DNA of 64,000 nt from the NCBI GenBank assembly GCA_021414235.1, contig JAIOOV010000004.1, forward strand, positions 254,456 through 318,455, given 5' to 3'. Numbering within the stretch: position 1 is the stretch's first letter; each line of letters begins with the position of its first letter. The notes under the pieces were generated by a model. The model did no database searches and was not told the DNA's origin. It saw only the letters and a program-made list of their open reading frames with translations. The position numbers and the translations under genes were made by a program. This DNA is from Candidatus Parcubacteria bacterium (GTDB lineage: Bacteria; Patescibacteriota; Minisyncoccia; Phycocordibacterales; JAKFXT01). Shown here piece by piece: positions 27,823 through 37,463 of the stretch.

Positions 27823-29358
27823 TTAGCGGAAAGAAGCCAGATCCTTGGGATCCTGGAGGGCTGTCCACATACCTATATCCTGCGCTCCGCCGAGGCTGAA
27901 GACGGCGATACCTCGTACGCCGAGTTCGCGGGCGAGCGCTACCTTGTCGGCGATAGCTGTCGCATCACTCCAGGTGAGGTAGTTGAATGGCTTGGTGGTG
28001 TCTACTTGGGAGCCGAGGTTCTGGGCAACTGAAGTCGAGGGCGTGGTTTGTGCCTGCTGGAGCTCTGTAGAGTTGTCTCCGCTCGGAGCGATCGCGGCGA
28101 GCTTGGCCGGATCGTAAGTGAAGCCCATCTCGTTGGCGCTCGTTCTCATCGGAGTGATGCCGAGCTGAGCCGCTATCTGCTTCCCATAGTTGGGATTGAA
28201 GGCCCAGAGCCTCTTGTAGCTGAAGCCGCCGCTGAGGAGGGGAGTGACCTCGTATTCATAGCCATAGGTGGGCACGCCGATGATGATCTTGTCCTTGGCA
28301 ATACTTTGCGCGGCGAGCTGGACGAGCACGCCTACCCAGCCTGGATCGGCGACAGGAGCATAGGGAGCGGAGCGGGCGGCATTCAGGCGCTTGTCGATTG
28401 TGCCCTGATCGTAGGCCATGATCTCTACGCGGTCACAGTAGCGATTGAGCGCATTGTAGTCATTGGCATAGTCCATGGCATCCGGGGGAATGGTCTGCCC
28501 AGGGAGATAGCGGCTCTCAAGCGGCATGCGCGCCTCGATGGTGCAGTAGATGAGTTTCTCTCCCATGCGCATGTCGAGTCCTTTGAGGAAGGTGGAGAAA
28601 TAGTCGATGGTCTCGTGTTTCTTGGCCTCGAAATCGATGTCGATACCATCGAAGTTGTTGTCTTTCACTAGCGCAGCGATCTCGTCTTCGAGTGCGATGC
28701 GGGCTCTCTGGTTGCTCAGTACGTTGTGGATAGGTCCACCTTCGAGCCAGACGACGGTGGGTACTACTTTGACGCCCCGGGCCTTGGCGGCAGCGATGAG
28801 TCCGGTCCAGGGATCCTGTGAGAACTTGTCCTTGCCGAGGAGCTTGCCCGTATCGGACACCTTGTAGCCGAAGGGCATGATGGAAGAGAGCTTGCTGAGG
28901 TTAGGGATGACATCCTTGGTGCCGGAGGCAGCGCGCCAATCAGGAACCCAACCGGAGAACTCCAGAGGGCCAGTGTAGGGGCCAGTGAGAGATTTGCCAG
29001 TGAGGTTTCCAGGATTCTGGGTGCCATCCGCAGGTCCTTCTGCTACGCCGCCGAGTACTGCGCGGGTCTTGGGTCCGTAGACGCCATAGCCTGCTGTGCG
29101 TGAGCCTGCGCAGACTATTTTCTTTTCGCACTGGAACTTCTTGAGGGCGGCTTCCGTGAGGGCTCCGAAGTAGCTGGTGGCCTTACCTTGAGCCAGATAT
29201 CCTCCAGCGATGAGCTTATTCTGCATCGCGGTAACGTCGGCTCCGGAGTGGCCGAGCCAGAGGGAGCGTACGGCTGCTTCTGCGCTTATGGGCGCAAAAG
29301 CGAAGCTGGCGAGGATAAATAAAGAAACAGAGAATATGAATGAGCGTGTCATGTTCAT
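27823..29358 (-). CDS. secreted glycoside hydrolase family 18 protein with an N-terminal peptidoglycan-binding (PG_binding_1) domain
   Basis: Signal peptide; PGBD-like SLWLGHSGADVTAMQNKLIAGGYL...FGALTEAALKKFQ; GH18 catalytic motif DGIDIDFE. Confidence 0.75.
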   Translation of the reverse strand: MNMTRSFIFSVSLFILASFAFAPISAEAAVRSLWLGHSGADVTAMQNKLIAGGYLAQGKATSYFGALTEAALKKFQCEKKIVCAGSRTAGYGVYGPKTRAVLGGVAEGPADGTQNPGNLTGKSLTGPYTGPLEFSGWVPDWRAASGTKDVIPNLSKLSSIMPFGYKVSDTGKLLGKDKFSQDPWTGLIAAAKARGVKVVPTVVWLEGGPIHNVLSNQRARIALEDEIAALVKDNNFDGIDIDFEAKKHETIDYFSTFLKGLDMRMGEKLIYCTIEARMPLESRYLPGQTIPPDAMDYANDYNALNRYCDRVEIMAYDQGTIDKRLNAARSAPYAPVADPGWVGVLVQLAAQSIAKDKIIIGVPTYGYEYEVTPLLSGGFSYKRLWAFNPNYGKQIAAQLGITPMRTSANEMGFTYDPAKLAAIAPSGDNSTELQQAQTTPSTSVAQNLGSQVDTTKPFNYLTWSDATAIADKVALARELGVRGIAVFSLGGAQDIGMWTALQDPKDLASFR

Positions 29359-29432
29359 ATAATATCAGACGCATCGGGAGCCGCCTTCTGTCAGCTTCTT
29401 CTTTTGTTGGTGTGCGCGGGTATAATTAACCC

Positions 29433-30320
29433 ATGAGTACTCAAAAAATAACCCCGCATCTCTGGTTCGACAAAGAAGCCAAGGAGGCCACCGCCTTCTA
29501 CGCTACTCTCTTTCCGGATTCCAAGGTGAATAGCGTGAATACTATTACCGGTACTCCTTCGGGAGACTGTGACATCGTCTCCTTCACGCTCGCGGGAGAG
29601 GATTTCATGGCAATCAGTGCGGGTCCCTACTTCAAGCTCAATCCCTCCATCTCGCTCTTTGTCGTCTTCGACAACGAAGCAGATATCAAGGCAACCTGGG
29701 ACAAACTCATCGAAGGAGGCAAGGCACTCATGGCCTACGACACGTATCCGTGGGCCAAGAAGTACGGCTGGCTGCAGGATAAGTATGGACTCACCTGGCA
29801 GCTCTCCTGGAGCGAGAATCACCAGCTCTCCCAGAAGATCACGCCTCTCCTCATGTTCACCAAAGAGTTCGCCGGCAAGGCAGAGCAGGCGATTAAGACC
29901 TACACGGAACTCTTCCCGGATTCTAAGATAGAGATGTCTGTGCCCTACGCAGCGGGCGAAGGCGACAAGGAAGGCTACATCAAGCATGCCCGCTTCACGC
30001 TCTGTGGGCAGGGCTTCATGGCGATGGACAGCTCAGGTCCTCACGAGTTCGTCTTTAATGAAGCTTTCTCACTCATCGTGCACTGCGATACCCAGGAGGA
30101 GATCGATCGCTACTGGGTGGCGCTCTCCGCAGTGCCTGAGTCGGAGCAGTGTGGCTGGCTCAAGGATAAGTTCGGAGTGTCTTGGCAGATCGTCCCCACG
30201 GTCATGAACGAGATGCTCGCGAGCGGGGACACAGAGAAGGTGAAGCGGGTTACAGAGGCTTTCCTCAAGATGAAGAAGTTCGACATCGCGGAGCTTGAGC
30301 GTGCTGCGAAAGGAGAATAG
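29433..30320 (+). CDS. tandem VOC-superfamily protein (PhnB/3-demethylubiquinone-9 3-methyltransferase-like domains x2)
   Basis: Two repeats of an HLWFD...GWLKDKFG(V/L)SWQ(L/I)-type fold; TATAAT 6 nt upstream of the ATG. Confidence 0.65.
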   Translation: MSTQKITPHLWFDKEAKEATAFYATLFPDSKVNSVNTITGTPSGDCDIVSFTLAGEDFMAISAGPYFKLNPSISLFVVFDNEADIKATWDKLIEGGKALMAYDTYPWAKKYGWLQDKYGLTWQLSWSENHQLSQKITPLLMFTKEFAGKAEQAIKTYTELFPDSKIEMSVPYAAGEGDKEGYIKHARFTLCGQGFMAMDSSGPHEFVFNEAFSLIVHCDTQEEIDRYWVALSAVPESEQCGWLKDKFGVSWQIVPTVMNEMLASGDTEKVKRVTEAFLKMKKFDIAELERAAKGE

Positions 30321-30340
30321 TTAAATATATAAAATTAAAT

Positions 30341-30709
30341 ATGACCAAAGGAAAATACGTAGACGGATTCGTACTGGTGGTGCCGAAGAAGAACGTGGAG
30401 GCCTACAAGAAGATGGCCAAGGAAGGAGCGAGGGCGTGGATGAAGCACGGAGCGCTTGATTATAAAGAGTGCATGATGGACGACGCCACTCCTCCGAATG
30501 TCAGCCTCACGTTCCCTAAGATGACCAAGGCAAAAGAAGATGAGACCGTCTTCTTCTCCTATATCGTCTTCAATTCGAGGAAGCATCGCGACCAGGTGAA
30601 TGCCAAGGTGATGAAGGAAATGGAGACTAAATACGACAAAGACTTCAAGATGCCGTTCGATATGAAGCGTATGGCGTACGGTGGCTTTACGGTGGAAGTG
30701 AGCGCTTAG
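30341..30709 (+). CDS. DUF1428-family protein
   Basis: 122 aa; YVDGFVLVVPKKNVEAYKKMA...MAYGGF conserved DUF1428 pattern. Confidence 0.65.
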   Translation: MTKGKYVDGFVLVVPKKNVEAYKKMAKEGARAWMKHGALDYKECMMDDATPPNVSLTFPKMTKAKEDETVFFSYIVFNSRKHRDQVNAKVMKEMETKYDKDFKMPFDMKRMAYGGFTVEVSA

Positions 30710-30742
30710 CGTTACGGAGCGGGCGGTGTAGAGTACTGCAAC

Positions 30743-31999
30743 ATGCCTTCCGTTGAAACCAAATACGACCTGATTGTAGTGGGTGGCGGCGCCTCTGGCC
30801 TCATGGCTGCGGGGCGGGCGGCTGAGCGCGGCCTACGTGTTCTTCTGTTGGAGAAGAATCGCAAGGTAGGGGAGAAGCTGCGTATCTCCGGCGGCGGCCG
30901 TTGCAATATCACTAACGCGGAGCTTGATGAGCGTGTGCTTCTCAAGGCCTACGGCAAAGCCGAGCAATTTCTCTACTCGCTCTTCTCACAGTTCGGTGTA
31001 CAGGACACTTTTAATTTCTTCGAGTCCCGCGGGCTTCCGCTCGTAGTACAGGCGCGTAAGCGTGCGTTCCCTGCGACCGAGAAAGCAGAGGATGTGGTGC
31101 GACTGCTTCAGAAGTATGCGGGTGATGGGGGAGTCAGGGTTATGACAGCCTCACCTGTTACTCAGGTCTTGGGGGACAAGAAAGGTATCACCGGTATCGT
31201 CTGCGGTACGAATACCTATCAGGCGGACAACTATCTCTTCTCCACTGGCAGTGTCTCGCATCCGGAGACTGGCTCAACGGGAGATGGACTCTCCTGGCTC
31301 AAGGGACTCGGGCATACCGTGCTTCAACCGACGCCTACCATCGTGCCGCTTGCGGTGAAGGAGGCGTGGAGTAAGACGCTCGCGGGTGTCTCTCTTTCCT
31401 TCATGAAGATCACCTTTTTCGTGGAGGGTAAGAAAGCATTTTCTGAGACAGGTAAGATCCTGTTCACTCATTTCGGTCTCTCGGGTCCTTTGATATTGAA
31501 TAGCGCGAACAAGGTCGCCGATCTGATCCACGATGGACTAGTGACTGCGACCATTGACGCATATCCGCATACCGACCTGGGAGCGCTCGAGAAGAGCATC
31601 ATTTCGGTCTTTGATGCCAACAAGAACAAGACGTTCAAGAACATCATCTCTGAATTCGTGCCCAAGGGAACAGCAAAGGGGATACTGCTTCTCCTTGCGG
31701 AGCATATGGATATCACTACCAAGGTTCACTCGGTGAGCAAGGAGGATCGTAAGAAAGTCGTACGGCTACTCAAAGCTCTCCCGCTCACTATCGAAGGACT
31801 CATGGGATTCGATAGGGCGGTGATCGCGGATGGCGGTGTAGCGCTCGAGGAGATAGACATGCGCACTATGCGATCGAAGATTGTACCCAATCTTTTTGTG
31901 ACCGGTGACCTGCTTCACATCACCCGGCCTTCTGGTGGCTTCTCTCTCCAGCTCTGCTGGTCTACTGGTTATGTGGCAGGAAGTAGTGTCGGAATGTAG
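30743..31999 (+). CDS. HI0933-like FAD-dependent flavoprotein (BaiN / aminoacetone oxidase family)
   Basis: Rossmann motif DLIVVGGGASGLMAA; GGGRCNITN signature of the HI0933 family. Confidence 0.8.
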   Translation: MPSVETKYDLIVVGGGASGLMAAGRAAERGLRVLLLEKNRKVGEKLRISGGGRCNITNAELDERVLLKAYGKAEQFLYSLFSQFGVQDTFNFFESRGLPLVVQARKRAFPATEKAEDVVRLLQKYAGDGGVRVMTASPVTQVLGDKKGITGIVCGTNTYQADNYLFSTGSVSHPETGSTGDGLSWLKGLGHTVLQPTPTIVPLAVKEAWSKTLAGVSLSFMKITFFVEGKKAFSETGKILFTHFGLSGPLILNSANKVADLIHDGLVTATIDAYPHTDLGALEKSIISVFDANKNKTFKNIISEFVPKGTAKGILLLLAEHMDITTKVHSVSKEDRKKVVRLLKALPLTIEGLMGFDRAVIADGGVALEEIDMRTMRSKIVPNLFVTGDLLHITRPSGGFSLQLCWSTGYVAGSSVGM

Positions 32000-32003
32000 A
32001 CGC

Positions 32004-32513
32004 TTACTCTTTTGTATTCAAATTAGCTTCGAAGTAGACACTATCCACCCACTCGTCTCCGACCTGCATAGTGCGCTCCTTCCTACCAGTTTCTACAAAG
32101 CCATTCTTGGTGAGTAGACGGATGCTACGTTCATTGCGAGGATCTACGTCTGCCAAGACCTTGGGGATACCTCTCTCTGCTGCACGCTTCAGAATCGCTT
32201 GTACCGCTTCGCTCGCTATGCCCATGCCCCAGACGCTGGGGGAGAAGATGAACCCAATCTCCTGATTGTCCCAGAGGCCAGCTTTACCCACGACTCTGTT
32301 CTGGTAGAGGACGACGAAGTCGTCTCCACGTCCTTCTTCTGTGGTCTTGATCGTATTTCGTACGAATTTTTCTGTTTCCGCAATGCTCTGGTGGGGAGGG
32401 GTGGACCAGAAACGCATCGCTTCTTTGTCCGCGAAGATGGGATGGAGAAAGGCAGCGCCCTCTTCTTTGAAGTGACGTAGCGTCAGGCGAGCTGTGGTAA
32501 GAGTGTCTTCCAA
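32004..32513 (-). CDS. GNAT-family N-acetyltransferase (RimJ/RimL-like); probable TTG start
   Basis: LTTARLTLRHF N-terminal pattern and GNAT core motifs; 4-nt gap to the upstream C39-like gene. Confidence 0.7.
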   Translation of the reverse strand: MEDTLTTARLTLRHFKEEGAAFLHPIFADKEAMRFWSTPPHQSIAETEKFVRNTIKTTEEGRGDDFVVLYQNRVVGKAGLWDNQEIGFIFSPSVWGMGIASEAVQAILKRAAERGIPKVLADVDPRNERSIRLLTKNGFVETGRKERTMQVGDEWVDSVYFEANLNTKE

Positions 32514-32517
32514 GATC

Positions 32518-33645
32518 TTATTCTAGCGAAGCGAGAGCTTCTTTGGCTGCAGGCAGGTTCTTGTGATACAGAAGAGCCTTCTCGAACTCCGCGCGGGCTA
32601 GGTCAGACTTACCTTGCTTTTGGTAGCTTTTGCCTTTGAAGAGGTAGAGCTCGCTGTAGGCCCGGTTGCCGTCGTTCAATATATTGTCCGAGAGGGAGAA
32701 GACGCGAGCGTAGTTGCCGACATGATAGTAGGCCTCGATCGGTTCCATCTGGTACCACATGGTGCGGCGGGCGAGTTTGCTCTCGACTTTCTCATACTCC
32801 GCTACTGAGCGGGCGTAGTCGCCGAGGTAGTAGTAAGCGGTGGCGAGATTGAAGCGGGCCTTGGTGTCATTGGCATTCGTAGCGAGTTGGCTCTCGGCAA
32901 TCTTGATCGCCTTCTGCCAGGATGCTTTTGCATCTTTGCTCTCGCCGAGCGCGGCGTCTAAGCTCGCCTTATCCTTGGGATCAGCCATGACCACATACGC
33001 GTAGTTGAACGGTTTCCAAATCGCATTGAATTCGGCGTAGGTGTACGCCTTGTCCTTGCCTTGATATGAATCGTCCTGGATGATCACGCCACGTGCATCA
33101 TCGTAGCCGCGGATGACGCGATAGTGTGCGAAATCTTCGGTGGAATTGAGGAGGGTGCGGATGAGGACGGGATGGCCAGCAGCTAAGATTCTTTTGAGAG
33201 TATCGATATCGCCGCCGCCACGGTAATAGGCGACTAGGCCACGACGCTCTGCTTCCGCTGCGAGTTCGGGAGGAGGTGTGGACTTGTCGTCGTCGATACC
33301 CTGGAGATTGTTGTTGGGGCGGAGTACTGCTGCGAGCTTCTCCTGGCTGACATTTATATCGTAATAGGAGAGGGCGATGGAGAGACCTGCTGCGGCGCAG
33401 TTATTAAACGTCTGGAAGACATGGTAGCCGCTCGTAAGGAGTTTCTGCTTGGGAAGCGGGCCGCCAGAGGTTGCAGGCTTGCCGGATCCTGGCATCTCTG
33501 CGGCAGGAGTACCTCCGATGGTGAAGGTAGGCTCGGACCGGGCTCGCTCCTTGCCCTGGGCGAGGAAATAGAAAGCGCCACCGAAGCATAAGCTCAGGAA
33601 TACGCTGAGAGTGATAGCTATCTGTTTGAAGCTCATATCCTGCAT
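32518..33645 (-). CDS. peptidase C39-like domain protein with C-terminal TPR repeats, TM-anchored
   Basis: N-terminal TM helix; C39-like block NNCAAAGLSIALSYY...HYRVIRGYD; TPR repeats at the C-terminus; TAGTAT 6 nt upstream of the ATG on the minus strand. Confidence 0.6.
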   Translation of the reverse strand: MQDMSFKQIAITLSVFLSLCFGGAFYFLAQGKERARSEPTFTIGGTPAAEMPGSGKPATSGGPLPKQKLLTSGYHVFQTFNNCAAAGLSIALSYYDINVSQEKLAAVLRPNNNLQGIDDDKSTPPPELAAEAERRGLVAYYRGGGDIDTLKRILAAGHPVLIRTLLNSTEDFAHYRVIRGYDDARGVIIQDDSYQGKDKAYTYAEFNAIWKPFNYAYVVMADPKDKASLDAALGESKDAKASWQKAIKIAESQLATNANDTKARFNLATAYYYLGDYARSVAEYEKVESKLARRTMWYQMEPIEAYYHVGNYARVFSLSDNILNDGNRAYSELYLFKGKSYQKQGKSDLARAEFEKALLYHKNLPAAKEALASLE

Positions 33646-33729
33646 GCGCCTATACTACCTTTACCTAAGCGGGGACGTAAGTGGGTCAGATTTCTTTCCC
33701 TGGAGCGTCAAAATGCTAGACTAAATACT

Positions 33730-33948
33730 ATGAATACACAGACCATCTCTCTTGGGGTAATAGTGCTACTTGCTCTCGGTATCGTAGGCTACTTTGTCTA
33801 CAAGGATGGTGCTACCAAGGAGATCACTACGTTCGAGGAATGTGCGGCGGCGGGCTACCCCATTATGGAGTCATATCCAGAACAGTGTCGCACACCGGAT
33901 GGTAAGACCTTCGCGCGCTTCACGCAGCAGGTCATCCCGAGCCTATGA
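33730..33948 (+). CDS. small membrane-anchored protein with two Cys (72 aa)
   Basis: N-terminal TM helix, CxxxG...C pattern. Confidence 0.4.
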   Translation: MNTQTISLGVIVLLALGIVGYFVYKDGATKEITTFEECAAAGYPIMESYPEQCRTPDGKTFARFTQQVIPSL

Positions 33949-33963
33949 GCGGGAAGGAACGTC

Positions 33964-34350
33964 ATGACCCTAGAGCGATTCGAAGAAGCTGCTGCCGAAG
34001 CCTTTGAGAAGATCCCGGAGAAGTTCCGGAAACAAATGAAGAACGTGGCGCTCCTCGTAGAGAGTGAGCCGGACGAAGAGACTCTGCGCGAAGAGGGATT
34101 GGAAGAGGGAGGTACGCTCCTCGGACTCTATCGCGGCATTCCCAATACGGAGCGCGGCGCCTACTACGGGGTAGGGCCGACGTTGCCGGATACCATCACG
34201 CTCTATCAGCTACCTATCGAGGAAGAGGCGGAGTTCTCTCAAAAATCAATCGAGCAAGTGCTCTATGAGACGCTCTGGCACGAGATCGCACATTACTTCG
34301 GCTTTGACGAGGGGTCCGTGAGAGAAGAAGAGGGGAAGCGATTCAACTGA
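33964..34350 (+). CDS. zincin-like metallopeptidase-family small protein
   Basis: HEIAHYFG HExxH motif near the C-terminus; 128 aa; GGAAGGAA SD. Confidence 0.55.
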   Translation: MTLERFEEAAAEAFEKIPEKFRKQMKNVALLVESEPDEETLREEGLEEGGTLLGLYRGIPNTERGAYYGVGPTLPDTITLYQLPIEEEAEFSQKSIEQVLYETLWHEIAHYFGFDEGSVREEEGKRFN

Positions 34351-34373
34351 TTTCCTTTTGCTACAATTACGCC

Positions 34374-35465
34374 ATGATCGAATATCTCAAATCCCATCCA
34401 CGTGTGAGAGAGTGGCTCGCTCTCGCGGAGCGTTATGAGCGGCACATCGGCGTGGGGGCGCTCCTCTTCGGCTTTGTCTTCGACACGCTCACCCTGGGAC
34501 GCCCCGACCAGCTTTTTGGGAACGTTACCCTCACTGCATACTTGCTCATCTCCGCAGGCTGCATCCTTTATCTCACTCTGGCAGCTAGGCGGGGAGTAGA
34601 AGTGCCGCCTGTTCTGGCGCTTATCCTGCTCCAGTTCTGTTTCGGTAACCTGGCTGGCGGACTCCTGGTGCTTTACGGACAGAGCGGCACGTTCGAGGGA
34701 AGCCTGCTCTTCTTCATCGTCCTTGGCGCCTTCATCCTGGGGAATGAGATGTTGCGCCAGCGCTACGCGCGTCTCAATTTCAATATCTCTGCCTGGTTCT
34801 TCCTCTTGCTCGCGTACCTTGCTTTGGTGGTTCCCATTCTTGTTGGACGTCTCGGGACGCTGGTCTTCCTCCTCTCGGGTTTCTTGTCGGTAGCCCTTCT
34901 TGCGGGCCTTCTCTTCTTGCTCTACAAGCTCTCGCCCATGAGTTTTGAAGGCATGAAGCGCAAGCTAGCTGTTTACCTCGGTAGCGTCTTCGTGGCGTAC
35001 AACGCATTGTATTTCCTCAACATCATCCCGCCGGTCCCGCTCTCGCTCCAGGCGATCGGTATCTATCACTCGGTCACGCATACGGGAGGGGAGTACGTAG
35101 TCGAATATGAGAAGCCGCGCTGGTATGAATTCTTCCGCAGCACGCACCGCACCTATGGCTACGTTCCGGGGAAGCCGGCGTATTGCTTTAGCTCCGTGTT
35201 CGCGCCCTCCGGCCTCTCTACTCCTATCAGCCATCGCTGGGAGCGCTACGATGAAGTAGTCGGGAAATGGCAGACTGCGACCCTACTCTCCTTCTCCATC
35301 AGTGGCGGACGGAATAACGGGTATCGCGGCTACAGTCAGAAATATGGCTTAAGCCCTGGTAAGTGGCGCTGCTCCGTGGAGACGGCGCGCGGTGCGCTCA
35401 TCGGGCGTACGACCTTCACGGTGACGGAAGCGCCGCCTGAGAGGCTAACTACTGAGAGCATCTGA
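34374..35465 (+). CDS. hypothetical polytopic membrane protein with a C-terminal soluble beta-rich domain
   Basis: About 6 TM helices then ~150-aa C-terminal domain; TGcTACAAT 6 nt upstream of the ATG. Confidence 0.5.
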   Translation: MIEYLKSHPRVREWLALAERYERHIGVGALLFGFVFDTLTLGRPDQLFGNVTLTAYLLISAGCILYLTLAARRGVEVPPVLALILLQFCFGNLAGGLLVLYGQSGTFEGSLLFFIVLGAFILGNEMLRQRYARLNFNISAWFFLLLAYLALVVPILVGRLGTLVFLLSGFLSVALLAGLLFLLYKLSPMSFEGMKRKLAVYLGSVFVAYNALYFLNIIPPVPLSLQAIGIYHSVTHTGGEYVVEYEKPRWYEFFRSTHRTYGYVPGKPAYCFSSVFAPSGLSTPISHRWERYDEVVGKWQTATLLSFSISGGRNNGYRGYSQKYGLSPGKWRCSVETARGALIGRTTFTVTEAPPERLTTESI

Positions 35466-35467
35466 TT

Positions 35468-36046
35468 ATGTCTGATTTCTTCAATCGCTTGACCCTGTGG
35501 CACTACGCAGCTCTCGCACTCGGGCTTTTTGTGCTGCAGGCTCTGGTGCTTCATTTCATGGGGCAGCCGGCCATCTGTACTTGTGGCTACGTGAAGCTCT
35601 GGGAGAATGTGGTGCTCTCCCCGGGCAATTCTCAGCACCTGAGTGACTGGTATACCTTCTCGCATCTGGCGCACGGGGTCATCTTCTACTACCTCCTCTC
35701 CCGCTTCGCTCCGCGGGTTCCACTCGGTGCACGTCTCTTGCTCGCTTTCGGTATAGAACTCTCTTGGGAGATCTTTGAGAATACGGATATGATCATTAAC
35801 CGCTATCGCGAGAGCGCGCTCGCTCAGGGGTACATAGGGGACAGCATCCTCAATTCGCTCATGGATTCTATTGCCATGGTCTTAGGCTTCTTCGCCGCCT
35901 GGCGCTTCCCGGTATGGGTCACGGTGGCGCTCCTTATCGGCGTAGAGCTTTTTGTGGGCTACATGATCCGCGACAATCTCCTTCTTAACGTCATCCAGCT
36001 CCTCCATCCGTTCGATTTCATAAACGAGTGGCAGACTGCTGGTTGA
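35468..36046 (+). CDS. DUF2585 (UPF0314)-family membrane protein
   Basis: 192 aa; conserved HxxxL...WEIFEN pattern resembling UPF0314. Confidence 0.5.
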   Translation: MSDFFNRLTLWHYAALALGLFVLQALVLHFMGQPAICTCGYVKLWENVVLSPGNSQHLSDWYTFSHLAHGVIFYYLLSRFAPRVPLGARLLLAFGIELSWEIFENTDMIINRYRESALAQGYIGDSILNSLMDSIAMVLGFFAAWRFPVWVTVALLIGVELFVGYMIRDNLLLNVIQLLHPFDFINEWQTAG

Positions 36047-36072
36047 TCTTCCGGACGTAGCTCCGCATCGTC

Positions 36073-36657
36073 ATGTCCATCCATACTATCCGTATAGCGG
36101 CGATGATCATTTGGGGGAGCCTCTTGTCCGTCACTCTCTACGCCTACTTCTTCCATACGGAGGCATTCCACGTGCTGATTGAGAGTGCGGTGGGCGTGCA
36201 TCTGTGGTGGGCGTATCTGGTTTTCTTCCTGCTCGGTTCTCTGCGGGGCTTCACCTTCATACCCTCTACCTACCTCATCGTATTAGGCTTCTTCTTTTTC
36301 GATCCGCTGCCGCTCTACCTCTTCCTCATCGCGGGCATCATGGTCTCCTCCGCCTCGATATATCACTTTTCGCACCTCTTAGGGCTCGATGACTTCTTCG
36401 AGAAGAAGCACTTTGCTCAGATCACCTGGATCAAGAAGAAGCTTACGGAATATGAGCTGCCCATCATCATCGGATGGAGTTTTATGCTTTTTCTGCCTAC
36501 GGATCTCCTCTCGTATGTATGCGGTAGCCTCCGGATCAATTTCCACAAATTCCTCCTCGGCGTGTTTATAGGGGAATCGCTCGTGTGTGCCGTCTACATA
36601 TTTGGCGCACAGTACTTCCTAGATATCTGCGGGGGATATTCCTGGTGCTTCCTCTAA
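36073..36657 (+). CDS. DedA/VTT-domain (TVP38/TMEM64) family membrane protein
   Basis: VTT-domain-like helices (FFLLGSLRGFTFIPSTYLIVLGFFF...). Confidence 0.65.
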   Translation: MSIHTIRIAAMIIWGSLLSVTLYAYFFHTEAFHVLIESAVGVHLWWAYLVFFLLGSLRGFTFIPSTYLIVLGFFFFDPLPLYLFLIAGIMVSSASIYHFSHLLGLDDFFEKKHFAQITWIKKKLTEYELPIIIGWSFMLFLPTDLLSYVCGSLRINFHKFLLGVFIGESLVCAVYIFGAQYFLDICGGYSWCFL

Positions 36658-36660
36658 TTG

Positions 36661-37413
36661 TTAAAGTCCGAGGCTCGCGAGAAAGGTCTTGAGCTCTTCG
36701 CCCTCAAGACGGCGGTAGCTTCCGGCGGGGGTGTTGCCGAGTTCCACGTTCATGATGCGGATGCGGGTGAGCGTCTCCACGTCGTTGCCGAGTGCCGCGC
36801 ACATGCGTCTGATCTGGTGCTTCTTGCCTTCGGTGAGGATGATTTTGAAAGTGCGTTCGTCTACGATTTCTACTTTGCACTCTTTGGTCGTGTAGTCTTC
36901 GATAAATACGCCGCGTTCCATGCGGGTCTTCCAGTTGTTGGCCAAGGTCTTGCGCACGGTGACTACGTACTCCTTGTCGTGCTCGTATTCTGGATTGAGC
37001 AGGCGGTCGGTGATGCGACCGTCGTTGGTGAGGATGAGGAGGCCACTCGAATCCTTGTCGAGGCGTCCTACAGGGAAGACGGAAGAGAGGGGGATGGAGC
37101 TCCTAATGTCCTTCTCGCCCTTCTGCGGGGAGTGGGTGATGATGCCGACCGGCTTGTGGTAGGCGAGGTAGATGTGCTCTTTGGGCTTCTTGTTATCCCT
37201 CACTTCCACAAGGTCGTCCTCTTCTACCTTGGCGCCGAGCACGGCGAGCTCGCCGTTTAAGTACACTTTCTTAGCTTCGATGAGGGCGTCCGCACCCGTG
37301 CGGGTGGCGTACCCCTTGTGGGCCAAGTATTTGTTGATGCGCATGGGGAAGAGGGGCTTCTCCAGAGCCTTGGGTGCCTCTCTGCGGGGGAATCGGGGGG
37401 CGCTTCCTTTCAT
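36661..37413 (-). CDS. pseudouridine synthase, RsuA/RluB family (S4 domain plus catalytic domain); true start may be the ATG at 37344 (MRINKYLA)
   Basis: S4 RNA-binding N-terminus RINKYLAHKGYATR; catalytic motif GRLDKDSSGLLILTNDG. Confidence 0.85.
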   Translation of the reverse strand: MKGSAPRFPRREAPKALEKPLFPMRINKYLAHKGYATRTGADALIEAKKVYLNGELAVLGAKVEEDDLVEVRDNKKPKEHIYLAYHKPVGIITHSPQKGEKDIRSSIPLSSVFPVGRLDKDSSGLLILTNDGRITDRLLNPEYEHDKEYVVTVRKTLANNWKTRMERGVFIEDYTTKECKVEIVDERTFKIILTEGKKHQIRRMCAALGNDVETLTRIRIMNVELGNTPAGSYRRLEGEELKTFLASLGL

Positions 37414-37434
37414 GCGGGGGAGTATAGCATAACG

Positions 37435-37463
37435 TTGACATTTAAGGCGATTTTTGGTACTAT
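37435..37463 (+). promoter_or_regulatory. strong sigma70-type promoter TTGACA-17-TGgTACTAT for the DEAD-box helicase, with a ~165-nt leader
   Basis: TTGACA, 17-nt spacer, extended -10 TGgTACTAT. Confidence 0.55.
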
